Numbered from the stretch's first letter, positions 1-12,918 are shown. The stretch is 64,000 nucleotides of DNA from Podarcis filfolensis (GCA_964270895.1 OZ185442.1), one strand, 5' to 3'. Numbers and translations are program-made. Notes: generated by a model not told the origin, from the sequence alone.

Positions 1-518
1 TTGGGATCTTTGGCATGCAGAGCAGGTGCCTGACTGCTGAGCTGGAGTCTCTGGGGCAGAGCAGCACTTTCCCTTTGGCAACAGAAGATGTGCCCAACCA
101 TTTTGATGTGTACCAAATGTGCACCGTGCCATTTGTGCACGTGGAAGCCTGTTTCTACATACACACATCTGCCTTGATGCATAGGGGGGGGTTGGCTGTG
201 AACCCTAGGTTTTATGTGCAGCACATAAATAAGACTGCTGCAACTGCTGAAGAACTTGGGGCAGCCCCCCCCAACCCCGTCCCTCCCACTCTTCTGAGAA
301 TCCGTATGTTTTGCAGTGCCCCTACCATGGGTTTATGGTTCTGCATCTTAGTCTTAATTAGTTTATTTTGAAAGTCTCTCCCCGCCACCCCCCACCCAAT
401 ACAGAGGATTTCCCTCTTACAACTATTTTCTTCTCTGTAGATTTGGTTCCGTTTTACAACCATCGTTTGCAAGATGACAGCCAGGGTAATAAAGTAGACG
501 TGCGTGTTTTTCACACTA

Positions 519-704
519 CAGTTGTACCTTGGAAGTCGAACAGAATCTGTTCCGGAAGTCTGTTCAACTTCCAAAACATTCAGAAACCAAAAGTGCGGCT
601 TCTGATTGGCTGCAGGAAGCTCCGGAACAGTCACTTCTGGGTTTGCGGTGTTCGGGAGCCAAAACGTTCAAGAACTAAGCTGTTCGAAAACCAATGTATG
701 ACTG
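519..704. mobile_element. Tc1/pogo MITE
   Basis: TA|cagttgtaccttgg ... ccaatgtatgactg|TA. Confidence 0.75.
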
Positions 705-1429
705 TACATTGTTCTTCTCTTAGATTTTCCTTTGTGGCTTGGAGAGATTCTTGATACTCATTCATTCAGTCCTCACTCATTTATTTCACTATAGACTCCT
801 CCAAAGAGGGAACCAAGGGTAGGGTAAGGAAGCTTTCTTAGCTTGAGGGACACATTCCTGTCTGAGGGGTCATGTGCCAAAGGTGTGGCCAGAGGCCAAA
901 GTAGCCAGACTAACAGGTATGAGTCTTACCTTTCAGCCTATTCAAGCCACACATGCCAGAGATTTCCACTCTCACACACACACAATTTCCGTCCTTCATC
1001 CTGCCAAGCTAGAGACATTATATTAAGTCACACTCCAGCCGATCAAAAGCATTCAAAGAGAGTGTGTAGCAGGGCCAGTGACGGGTGTTTCCTGAGTGGA
1101 AGTGGGTGTGGCCTGGAGAGAGTATTGAGTGCTGGATGGAGAGGCCTAAGGTTCCCCATCCCTGATATAAACCCTTCAGGGTGCACTCTGGGTTGCACCT
1201 TGAAGCAGGTTTTCAAGCCAAGACTTCAGTCCCACTATCTGCAGATGCATTCCCTGTCAGAAAATCAGCCATGGCACCTATCAGTTGTTTGATGTGGGGG
1301 GAGGGCCTAAACTGGTGGATTGCCCAATTTTTGACCCTGGTTGCACACATGCACCCCTGGCAACAGTATTGGGGGATGACCCACATGCAAAGTTTGCAGA
1401 CACAGTTCATCATCCAGTTAGGACAACAT

Positions 1430-1552
1430 CCACCAACCTGGTCCACTCCAGATGCTTTGGACTACAACTCCCATTGTCTCCATCCAGCACTGCTATATGA
1501 TGCTAGGGCTGATGGGAGTTGTAGTCCACAAAATCCAAAGGTTGGGGAAGGC
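1430..1552. mobile_element. ACTACA-type palindromic hAT MITE; more copies near 2790-3005, 5840-5950, 6995-7255, 21849-21985, 32415-32535, 33450-33510, 35255-35375, 35725-35875, 48940-49060
   Basis: Inverted ggactacaactcccat / atgggagttgtagtcc core shared with 38871-39006; ends approximate. Confidence 0.65.
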
Positions 1553-2099
1553 TAGGCTAGCTATACACTTTAAAAAGCCTGCTTCTTGTCTGCGTGCATC
1601 ACTAGATTGGCACAAACCATTTTGCCCTTGTCCTAATGTAACAATTCAGCTACATTCTTTAAACTTGCATTCCAACCATCTTTACACTTGGTCGTCATTG
1701 GCCTCCCACCCCTTTTTCCCCACAGTAGATTTTTTTTTTTTTAGGGAAATGCTTTAAATAAATAAATACAAGAATTTTGAAGGGCCCTTGATGCTTGCTA
1801 AATCCTACTTTTTCTTTGCTGGTTAGTTGCTGAATCTTGTTTTTAATTTTTTTGCACATTTGATTGTTCTGAACCATTATTAACTGTCATTTTGTATGGA
1901 GTGCGAATGACTGTCTGTTGATTTAATAGGTCTTTTGATTCTTATTGTAATAATTTATTGGCTGTCAGTAATGTATTTATTAGTTACCAAATGTTAATAA
2001 AATGCCAGCTCTTTTCTAGCGTTTGAGATATTTTATTGGGTTTTCCTCTTCTGAGAAAGCCTCAAGGAAATCGCAGAATGATTAACAGTTTTGTCTGTT

Positions 2100-2425
2100 A
2101 TGGGTGAAAAGAGGTCCTGTTTCACATGGTGCATAGGTAAAACTAGAGAACGCCCATAACCAAGTTGTAGTGATGGCCACCCACATGGATGGTTTTAAAA
2201 GAGGATTAGACAAATTTGTGGCAGATAAGGCTATCAGTGGCTACTAGTGATGTTGATCTGCCTCCACTGCCAAGGGCAGTATGCTAAGAATCAGAAGAGG
2301 AGAGAGCACTGTGGCACTCAGGTCCTACTTATGGGCTTCCCATAGGCATCTCATTGACTGCTATGAGAACAACATGTAGGACTAGATGGGCCTTTGGCCT
2401 GATCCAACAGGGCTGTAAATATGTT
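2100..2425 (+). mobile_element. CR1-type LINE 3' end
   Basis: gatggttttaaaagaggattagacaaatt...ggactagatgggcctttggcctgatccaacagggc; recurs at 3700, 13530 and 60200. Confidence 0.65.
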
Positions 2426-3699
2426 TGTGAGTGGCATAATACATGTTTCTTCATAAGGAAATTTCTGCCCAGTGAGGATTCCTCCATGGTAAGTTGAATG
2501 TTTCATCCTTTTTGCACATTAAGTGGATGCATGGAGTAAGGAACTGGGTTGGTGACTGCTGTACTGAGTTGGTGACTCCCAATGACTACACTTTCAGCTA
2601 AAGTTCTGAACGAAGCCAATGGACATACATACTGTGTGTGCGTAGACACTCTCTGCACAGTAGCAAAACGATGGAATAAAGCTGCAACCCTAAGTACACT
2701 TACTTGGGACTCTGTTGACCACAGTGGAACTAACATTGGAGTTGAAAGGGCTGTATTGCAGGTGTTTTTTTGAAAGGGTTAGATCAGTGAGAACCAACAT
2801 GATGCCCTCTAGATGGGATACCAACTCCCATCAGCCCCAACCAGCATGGCCAATGGTCAGGGATGGTCCAGCAACATTTGGGCAGCTCCATGTTGGCTAT
2901 CCCTGGATTAGATTAATTACTGGATAGTGGCTGATGGGCAACACTGACTGGGGCTAATGGGAGTTGTAGCCCAAAATATCTAGAGGGCCGCATGTTGAAG
3001 AGACTTCTGTAGACAAGCTCTACATTCCTAAATCCTGCTCATGTAAATGCCTGCAAGGCTTCCCCCTTTCCTGCCATATTCTCCTCATTGCACCATCGCA
3101 AACCATTCTTCCAAAGGGGAGATTGCTTTGTGCCTGAAAGTCATTATCTTACACAAGATGCAGTCACCAGTCGGCCAACCTGCTTTTGTAACAAGCTCTT
3201 TTCCTACATAAGATCCCCAGCCATTAATACATGGTGGCACTCAAAACAAAGCAGGAAATTCTCTGTGTAACAAGTGTTATTTATAGGGTTTCTGGACAGT
3301 CAATTCCCAGTACACTATCTGAATCCCATTTCCTGGTTCTGACTTGGCAAATTGTTTTATGAGGTGGTTTGTGTTTGACTTTCGGCAGGTTTTAATAGCC
3401 AGAACTGTTGCAATGTACTCTTCTTCCAATTAATGCAGGGATGTTTAATTGCGATGCAGTAGGGAAGCCAAATGGCCCAGCTGTTCAAAGGAACAGGAGG
3501 TCAAAGAGGCCCTTTTAAAACTCTCTCTTGGGCTCAAACCTGACACAGACATGCTTCCCTTGAGGGCAATGCCTCTTTGAGAGCCAGCAAAGACTAACTT
3601 TAGGGTAGCCATGTGATTTGCAGACTTCTTTTTCCATCTGCTATGCACTAGAAGGTGTTGGTGCCAGCTTAGTTTAGGAAAATGATGAAAGTCTGTCCC

Positions 3700-4146
3700 G
3701 TCTATTTAGGAACATGTCATAGAAGGCAGATAGAGGCAGATACGATTCTGCATGGTATAGTTGCAGAAAGAATAAGGAGAAGTTTTGCTCCATCCCTCAT
3801 AATACTAGAACTCAGGGCTGTCATCCAATGAAGCTGAATATTGGAAGATTCAGGACAGACAAAAGGAAGTATTCTCCGTCGCTAAACTATGGAATTTGCT
3901 CCCACAAGAAATAGCGATGGCCACTAACTTGCATGGCTTTAAAAGGGGATTAGACAAATTCATGATGGATAAGGTTATCAGTGGCTCTGAAAACCAGTTG
4001 CCAGGAATTACAGGTGAAGAAGAGTGCTGCTGCACTCCTGTCCTGCTTGTAGGCTTCCCAGAGGCATCTGGTTGGCCACTGTGAGAACAGATTGCTTGAT
4101 TCGATACACCTTAGGCCTGATCTAGCAGGGCTCTTCTTATGTTCTG
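3700..4146 (+). mobile_element. CR1-type LINE 3' end
   Basis: cataatactagaactcaggg...ggctttaaaaggggattagacaaattcatg...gcagggctcttcttatgttct. Confidence 0.7.
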
Positions 4147-6030
4147 AAATTCCAAGAACAATATCCCTTTCATCTGATTCAGCAAGGCTTCTCTTATGGC
4201 TACAGGGCTTAAAGCCAATGTCCACCCCACAAGAGGTGACAGGCAGAGGGGAAGCTAGGAGCCAAAGAAGCCAAGTCAGGTATCTTGTGACTTCAAGGAG
4301 ACAGGTACCTTTGGGTCAGGGTTGCCAGCTTTCTCAGTCAGCACCCGTAGCTGTTCCTTCAACAGCAGCACAGTGCGCACACATGAGCCGGGAGAACACT
4401 GAACAGCTTCACCTGTTGACTTCTGCACCTGAAGCTGCTGAAAGACACAGGTGCAGTAGATTAGTACATTAGGACTGTGCCAAAAAATATCCTGTGTCTT
4501 ATCATAGAATCCTGCTGCCCTGTTCCCCATGATCACTGGGTTGGAAATAGGCACTCCATTCCTCCCTACCCCCTCATTTCCCAGACGCATACCAGAGACA
4601 AGTACACTCTCACACAGCCAGCTATTCAAAACCAACAGGTTTTCTATCAGTCAATGCCAAGAAACATCAAACTGGGAGATACCTGCTGTACAACAAGATC
4701 AGGCTTAAGCCACCCTCAGTTCTCACCTGGAACAAGTATTCACTCTCCATCACCCACCCAAGAAGAGCACAGTTCCATGCTATAAAGGACTCTCACTCCA
4801 GCAGTATGTGACCACTTCTCCTCTGGCTTAGTATATGCCCTCTCCTTCCCCAGCACTGATAACAGGGTGTGTTGATTTTGGGAAGTGTCCTTACTTGGCT
4901 GGAGAACTGCATTGTAGAATTCAGAGAAGTGTCAATTTTGAAGGTTGGCTCTATTTTGGTTTGTGTGTTATTTCAGAAAGTGTGAATTAAGTAGGTTCAC
5001 CTCTAAATGTGAAGTTAATCAAATTTCTTTCCTATTTCTACTTGTTAGCCATCCTTCCCGTCATCAAATGTTTCAGTTAAAGCTCCAGGGAGACAGCATA
5101 ACTTTCCCCCCAGAGCTTTTCTAAATCAGGAAGTGCAGGCAGCCAGGAAAGCTGTGAAGCACTAAGGAAATGTTTTGTGGAAATGCTGGGAAGGGGGACA
5201 AACAGCACCCATGGCCATCTTGTAACAATAAATTAAGTTCAACCCTTCATTCACCCAAACAATAAAGAAAGTCTAAAGATTCTCTCAAGTGCCCTGAAAA
5301 AGAATACGAAAAAATGGGAAACTCAAGAAGGACTTTTGGATGGTATTTAACTTACTTATTAACTGACATGAACAAGATAATAATGGAAACAGTTGATGGG
5401 TTTCTACTTTCTGCTGCAAAGACCATAAAGGGGTTTTGTTGATTTTATTTTGTCTTTGTTTGGTTCTGTCCTTATAAGTATCATATTTCTTAACTCAGTG
5501 TGCGTTGGAAATTGTATTAGTTTGGTGAATTAATTTATTTGTGCTGGGTCTGTGACCATATAAGAACATTTCTCTCGCTTTGGACGTGCATGTTTTATGC
5601 CAATCTGCATCATCTTTTTGGGAGATATGCAAGTGATGACACTAAGGCTTGGATGGGGAAAGTCAGGTGGTGACTGTGCTGCTGTGGTTTTTTGAGATGT
5701 AAATACTGATCAGCTTCAGTGTTATGTACTGGAACTCGAAGGGAGCTCCGTAACTGGGCCTCCAGCAAAATGCACTTTTGATCCTCGCTATAAAGATCTT
5801 CAGAAGGCTTTTAAAAGCTCATGTATTTTAAAGAGCAGCATTTCCTAATCTGGTGCCCTCTGTATGTTTTGAACTACAACTCCATCAGCTGACTTCGGTT
5901 GGTAGACGTGGTAGTCCAAAACCTAGGAAGGGCACCAGATTGGGGAAGATTTCAGTGGTTAATTTTTGTGTGTGAAATTCCTGAAAGCTATGGACCATTT
6001 TTTAAATGCTTTAGACTCTTTCTAAGATGC

Positions 6031-6107
6031 TATTTTATAACTTTTTATACATTTTTATACTTTTATACCATTATAAAGTATAAAAATGTATAAAAATTTA
6101 TAAAATA
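6031..6107. repeat. AT-rich inverted repeat, arms of 37 and 36 bp, 4-nt loop
   Basis: tattttataactttttatacatttttatacttttata-ccat-tataaagtataaaaatgtataaaaatttataaaata. Confidence 0.9.
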
Positions 6108-6217
6108 CTCTTATGCTTTAAAGTATTTTAGATTCTGATTATAAACTGGCTTGTGAGGATTATATCCTAAAAAGAAAGCCTAGAAATATTCTAAATAAAG
6201 GTATATGTCTCATAAGA

Positions 6218-6220
<3 letters not shown>

Positions 6221-6270
<50 letters not shown>
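6221..6270. repeat. (TA)25 microsatellite
   Basis: Read directly. Confidence 0.98.
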
Positions 6271-6273
<3 letters not shown>

Positions 6274-7606
6274 TTAAACCTGGGGAGGCAAGCCCTTGGG
6301 AACCAAGGTTTGGGAGTAAGAAGAGTCAAATTATTAGAGAAGATACTGATTAGAAATAGCTTTCTTGAAAGGCAGGATATCAGTCCCTCAGATAAACGAG
6401 GCCTGTTTGGGGCTGCATCTGTTTATAGAATAATTAGCGCTAGACATAGATCCAGATAATGGCTGACTTTTGTATTTCTTTGGACCAGGAGCTCTTGGAG
6501 CAACCTGAAAACTGTCCTAGCCTAAGTTTTAATGATTTCTGTGCAACACCTACACGCCATGTTGAGCCAGTCTGATGCTTCCAGACTGTCCCTGCTTTCA
6601 GGTGGGATCCAATCACACACTGGCAAATTCAGTTTTCTTTCTTTATAGCTGATTGGGTTGTTTTGCACAACAAACCTACTTCCCCCTTAGAGTGGGTTTT
6701 TGCGATAAGGAAAATGATGGTGAAGTGCCTTGGAAAGTGTACTGATAACCCTTCCTTTGACACAATCCCATCTAACCTCCCTGAAAACAAATCAGACTGA
6801 ATGCTCATTAAATAGCCAACATCATCTAATCTCCTTGTAAACAAATCAGAATGAAACGGGACATTTTCCCATGTACCTCAGCAATATCTTTTCTCTGTCC
6901 TCTCCACCTAAGGCTCAGCCCTTTTTGTTTGTTTCTTTAACAACTAACCATCATGAAGGGTTCTAAGAGCTCATTGCTCTGAGGTGTTTTTGCTCAGCCT
7001 TCTCCGGCCGGCCTACTTGCCCTACAGGTGTGTCATACCCTCTAACATTTCTCCGATGAAAATAGGGATGTCCTAAGAAAAAGTGGGGCGGCTTCTGTAA
7101 ATCCGGTACTGTCCCTGGACAACAGGGACACTAGGAGGGTCTGGTGTTTTGGACTACAAAATTCCTTTCAGCCCGAACATCATGCAGCCATCTTGGCTGG
7201 GGCTGATGGCTATTGTAGCCCAAAGCATCTGGAGGGCAGCAGGTTGGGAAAGGCTTTTTTTTTTAAGCTGATACTAATTGACAGATATGGCAACTGTTGT
7301 TTCTCTGTAATTCGCATGGGCATATCTTTACAAGAGAGCTTTGTCCAAATGACACAGAAAAGCTAGGTGGAGAATAGATGCTGAAGACATCATAACACCA
7401 CCCGTTTTCTTGACTTCACTTCTTCATGATATGTAACTCTTTGGGTTTTCGGTACACGTGGATCTTTGACCATTTCTCAGTTGCTGGTTTGGTAACTATT
7501 CTCTTTCTCTAATCCTAACTTCCTGTTTCTTTCTCTGTTTCTCTCTCTCTCTCTCTCTCGTTCTTTGTCTTTCTTTTCTTCTCTTCCTATATGTGCCTTG
7601 CCATAG

Positions 7607-7765
<159 letters not shown>

Positions 7766-8218
7766 TAATGGCAGCGCCTGAGGTGCTCAAGATCCCAGCT
7801 GTGGAGCAAACGAAAAACAACAGACAGAGTCTGCTGGAACCCCAAGTGTAAACCAGGAGATATTTGATCCAGTCCTGCTTGAGAGATAACTCCCCTAGAA
7901 AACAGACTACATACTCTGGCTGATTGCCTTCCTGTTTTCTGCCCGAGGCATCAGCTGAGCTACCATGATGTCACAGAGAGTTGGCAGATTCTCATCAGTG
8001 GGAAGGAAGTGTCCGTCTGTGAGCAGAAAAAAAGCATCAGACTAATCACACAAGGCAGCTTCTGCCAGGCTGTGCCATTTCACAGGGCAAGTGGGGGGGG
8101 CTGCATGTTTGAAAGCCCCCCTCCCCAACATGAAATCCCTCCCAGTATTATTAATATATATCTTTAAAAACTAGCATGTCAAGAAAATGAGTGATCATTG
8201 AGCCTTAACACATACTAG

Positions 8219-8220
<2 letters not shown>

Positions 8221-8262
<42 letters not shown>
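8221..8262. repeat. (GT)21 microsatellite
   Basis: Read directly. Confidence 0.98.
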
Positions 8263-8264
<2 letters not shown>

Positions 8265-8489
8265 CAAATATGCATTCAGATTAGGGAAAAATGGTTCAGA
8301 TCCACCTAATCTAGTGGACTCACCTCAGATTGATCTGGAAGTGGATTTGGCAAACGAAGCTGCTTTCAGGAAAATAGCTCATTATATTCAGAGCCCAATT
8401 CCCAGATTAGCATTAGATCACATTTCCAGTAACTTTATTTCCCACATCCTTACGAATCCTACTTCTAGAATACCAGTGAGGAGAGGGCT

Positions 8490-8760
8490 CACTCACGAGT
8501 TCCCTTAGGCATCCGGTCGACCACTATGAGAACAGGAAGATCTGACCTTTTTGAGGCCGTTTCCGAAGTTCTAAGATCCGTATGCACAGAGGAGTATGTT
8601 TGGTTGATATTAGTCATCATTCCCATGAATAAATTTTGCTTGCAGTCCATTGAGAAGTCCTGCTTGCAGGCTTCCCATCTGGTTGGCCACTGTGAGAACA
8701 GGATGCTGGACTTGATAAGCATTTGACCTGACTGAGTAGTGAGGCTCTTCTCCTGTTCTT
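8490..8760 (+). mobile_element. CR1-type tail fragments
   Basis: Two copies of catctggttggccactgtgagaacagga-like text. Confidence 0.5.
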
Positions 8761-8780
8761 ATTTTATAGCTACCATCTAA

Positions 8781-9050
<270 letters not shown>

Positions 9051-9399
9051 GCCCTCTCCCTTTTCTCCATCCCATCCTGTATAGCAAGCAACTTATTTGG
9101 AAACAATCACAGCGAGAGGAAAATAAAATAAAATATTTGGAAAAAAAGGCAAAACAAAATATGAGTCTCTCTCACACACACACACGCAAACACAAACACA
9201 ATAATAATAATAATAATATTAATAATGATGATGAATCATGCAAGTTGGTAAATAAAAAGGCATAATGAAATTTTTTATATAAAAACATTTTTTCCTTTTC
9301 CTTTTATTTATTTATTTTAGTTTGCCTCAAAAGAGTACTGGGTAGCACTGATGCCCCTGACATCACCTTAAAATCTCTTCCTTTCTGCTAAAGTAACGT

Positions 9400-9492
9400 T
9401 GCCTGCAAGCCTATACCTGTTGACTTGGGAGTAAGCCCCCATTGAAAGCAGCAGGACTTACCTCTGAGTAGACATGCATCGGATTGCACTAG
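9400..9492. mobile_element. Short palindromic MITE family (also about 13279-13370, 26851-26940, 63755-63850)
   Basis: Shared cttactc...gtaag and ggattgcac ends, self-complementary. Confidence 0.5.
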
Positions 9493-12015
9493 TCATGGCA
9501 GGTAATTCATTGCAAAAGATGCTTTTGGAAAACAACAAGAAAGAAAAAAGACCATACTCTGATTTTTTTCTAAACTCGCCGTCCACATAGCATAAGATAC
9601 TACGTGAGTTTTAAAAGGAATCAACTTTCTTAAAAAAAGAAAAGAAAAAAGTGGTAATATTATTTTTTTAAGACTCCTTTGTGCATAGGGTGCTTTAGGG
9701 TATGAGCGGGGAAGGATGGCTTCCCCTGCCCAGTTCCTGTGGATTTTTAAAAAAGATGTACCACCATCTAAGTTGCTGCTGCACTGCATCACTTGCCACA
9801 GGGGCGCTGAGCTTTCAGGGATCCTCAGTTCCGTTCAGCTATGGAGTAGTTAAAACCTATTAAAAGGGGGGAAACTGAGGCGGAGCTTGCGGGGAGAAAG
9901 AAACAGAATAGGGTTAGAATAGAGGTGACAGGCCAGCACCCTTCGTTGACCATGTTTATATATATAATCCTTCAGGAGTATAAAGAAAGGGGCCTGCTTC
10001 TATCTCTGCTTCTTTCAACAAGCATGGGAGACGGGCAAAGGGAATTTCTATTAGAAATTTGAAAGTTGTACCTGAGATAGCATCCCTCCCATGCCCGCAG
10101 GTCAGGTGGAAGAATTCCCCCTCTCTCACAAACAGTCCGTGCTCAAGCTCTTTATGAAGGAGATTTGGTGGGGAGAACATCCCCCACCCTTTATCGCAAT
10201 TTAAGTACAGCTTTTATTTAGAGGATTACTCCTTTTCTAATATATTTGATTCCGGGTCTCCGTGCTCCCACCCACCCAATATTTATGTTCAGACCAGGCC
10301 TCCTGTGCCCCCCCCCAACTCTCCATTTCTGATTCTCCAGCGCGGATCCTCTTCACTAGTAGCATGAACTTTGAGCCTTTGTATAAAGACACGCAGCCTT
10401 CCATATCGCCTCGGTGTCTGATGTCCTGAATTTTTGGAATGGTGGCTGTGCACTTCTGTAGGTTTGCTGTGTAAAACCTGGTTTTAGACTAGTCTTTACA
10501 TTTAGAACCTAAGACAAACAAAAAGAGAATTTTTTGATGATGATGATGATGATGAAAGGGTAAAGAAGAGAAATTAAAGATTTGACTTCCTTACGGATTT
10601 TGTTAAGAAAGAAAAGAACAGAAAGGTCTCTCCCCACCCCCGATTCCCCCCTTGCTTTATTTAAAACACACACACAAAACACAGAGATCTATAAATACAC
10701 ACACACACACACACAATGGCATTGTGAACCCATTCTAAGAGAGACATTTTCTATTGGACTTGGTTCCGGTTGCTTGTTGGCACTGGTAGGGTGAAACCTT
10801 TAAGCAAGCAGAAGTCTGACGCATACAAACCGCCATCTTAAATCTTGGCAGATTCTAATGGCCATTAAGACGCAGACCCCAACAACCTTTCATATAGAGG
10901 GTTGCCAGCTATCGGGGATCAGCCGAGAAAGTTCAGGAACGGCTTGCCCAGCCAACAAGACACCCTACATCTGTGGGGAATGCAGCAAAATAAAAAATAA
11001 AATAAAGCGGAGGAGTTATGGGCCTCCCAGTTTCCCTCTCCCGTTCTACTATTACAGGTGCTGCTTTTTGCTCAGGGGGGATGGGATAACGGAGGCAAGT
11101 CCCTTCCTTTGCCCTTGCATCTCACTCACCTTAGCCATGACCTTGTAGGTGGTAACATTTAGGTGCAAAAAGATTGTCAGCAACAGAATCCCAGTGGGAA
11201 TTGTTAGTGGCTCTTTGTATTTTAATCGTTGCTGTACTAATTGTTGCCCGCTCCAGAAAAGCGTTCTCTCCCCAAAAGCCTCTTGTCTACACGATGATCC
11301 GACACACCTGTCTTCAGAGTGGGCCAGGCAAGCAGAGAGGGATGTCTCTTTAACTTTCTCGTTTAATAATGATTCACTGTTCTGAATTGTCTCGTTCACT
11401 CTCTGGATTTGTATTTTTAAAAATAATAATAATAAGCACAGCTGTCTTTGGCCTCCCTAAATGCTCTTGTCTTTGACTTCTTTTCCCTTCTGAATGACAC
11501 TGTGTTATGCATTACCAATGTCCTTTCCTTTTTCTGTTTAATTTTTTATTTTTAAGTGGGTTAGTTTAAATTGGGAGGGCATTATTTTTGTTGTTCCATT
11601 CTCATTTTTAATCCCCCACCATGCTTCCCTGTGAATACTTTTTTTTCATGCTGCTTCCTCTTCCTCCCTCGCACCCTTGCCCTTACAATCCTTCCTTTTA
11701 GTGAATGGTGTTTTCTCTCTCTTTCTCTCATGTGGGGGTGTTTGTGCTGCAAAAACAAAAGGGGGAAAAATACAAAAAACAAAGAAAAAAAATAAAATAA
11801 TCTCTTAAAAAAAATAAAAAATACACCAGAAAAAAACCACCAAAAAAAGTAAAACAAAAACAAAAATCGAATGTAGTGTTTACATTATTTAAAAAGCCAC
11901 CATTTTCATGACCCTTTGTCATATCTACTTTTTGGTTAGCGATCAGATGTCTTCACGGTTTCACTTTTAAGAGGTACCTTTGCTGGAAAAAGCCAACTGC
12001 ACCTGTCTAAAAAAC

Positions 12016-12155
12016 NNNNNNNNNNNNNNNNNNNNNNNNNNNNNNNNNNNNNNNNNNNNNNNNNNNNNNNNNNNNNNNNNNNNNNNNNNNNNNNNNNNNN
12101 NNNNNNNNNNNNNNNNNNNNNNNNNNNNNNNNNNNNNNNNNNNNNNNNNNNNNNN
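12016..12155. other. Assembly gap (140 N)
   Basis: Run of N. Confidence 1.
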
Positions 12156-12257
12156 TTTCTAAGCCTTTCTATTACCAATCGGTGAGGTTTCTGTGATCTT
12201 ATTAGACACTGCCAATTTCTTTCTCTGACTAATGGAAAAAAAATTCATGTGTAGCTT

Positions 12258-12263
12258 AATAAA
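12258..12263 (+). terminator. Probable GNAO1 poly(A) signal
   Basis: AATAAA with TGTA at 12250-12253 upstream and gtttgtctgt GU-rich element downstream. Confidence 0.65.
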
Positions 12264-12739
12264 GAGAATGTTTGTCTGTACCACTGAGGCTCTTTCTCTC
12301 TCACCTTCTGATTCTCCAGTTGTTTTATTGTAAATATATATATATTATGTCCCCTCGCTGGTTTTCCTTTTGAGCAAGTATATGTATATGATAGACATAT
12401 CCTGGGATCTTTTACAGAGTCCTCAAACAAACCCCCCTCAAACTGGGGCCTCCGAGGATATCTAGGGTGGTCAGGCACTTTTAGTAAGTACCAATTGCCC
12501 TCTTCAAGCACCCAAGGGGGTGAGGGAGGCAGCAGGAACAAGTGCAATAACTCCCCCCCCCCCGTTGCTTTCTCTGCCCCCCCCCACAAGTTGGAGGGTG
12601 ACTTTCTGAAGTGGGGAGCCTCCTTTCCTTGTGGACCTCACCCTGCAAAGTAGTACTGTGACTTCACATGAAGACAGGACGTTCCCTGCATTAGAGAGGC
12701 ACCTTCCAGCTTATGGAGGATAACACGGGGTTAACTTAA

Positions 12740-12918
12740 GGTTGCATACACAACATTCATTTAAAGCACATTTCCCCTCCAAAAAAGGGGGGGCTTGGAA
12801 TCATGGGAACTAGAGTTTGTTAAGGGTGCTGGAATTGTAGTTCTTTGAAGAATAAACTACAGTTCCTAGGATTCTTTTTTTGGGGGGGTGCTTTAAATGT
12901 ATGGTGTTTACGTTGTCC
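12740..12918. mobile_element. PIF/Harbinger-like palindromic MITE
   Basis: Inverted catttaaagcac / gtgctttaaatg; GG...CC ends, flanks taa / tag. Confidence 0.5.

Larger units (their letters stand above)
9051..12285 (+). other. GNAO1: GNAO1 isoform A 3' UTR region (may include a UTR intron)
   Basis: Follows the stop codon; blocks at about 9238-9265 and 10345-10510 resemble the mammalian GNAO1 UTR as recalled; ends at AATAAA 12258. End coordinate approximate. Confidence 0.6.

Noticed and set aside
15-1555. ORFs of 118-149 aa at the window start
   Set aside because: They overlap SINE and MITE remnants, with no protein similarity or exon structure that I can recognise.
5633-5709. Box C (GTGATGA) and box D (CTGA) at snoRNA-like spacing
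   Set aside because: No terminal stem and no recognisable guide; such boxes occur by chance.
1-7480. GNAO1 exons 7B/8B (Go2 isoform) and its poly(A) site
   Set aside because: I found no second NRMHES/TCATDT copy, so they probably lie upstream. AATAAA near 1757 and 1996 sits in AT-rich, repeat-like DNA and cannot be assigned.
9795-9808. CTCF-like GCCACAGGGGCGCT
   Set aside because: Needs two gaps to fit the core motif.
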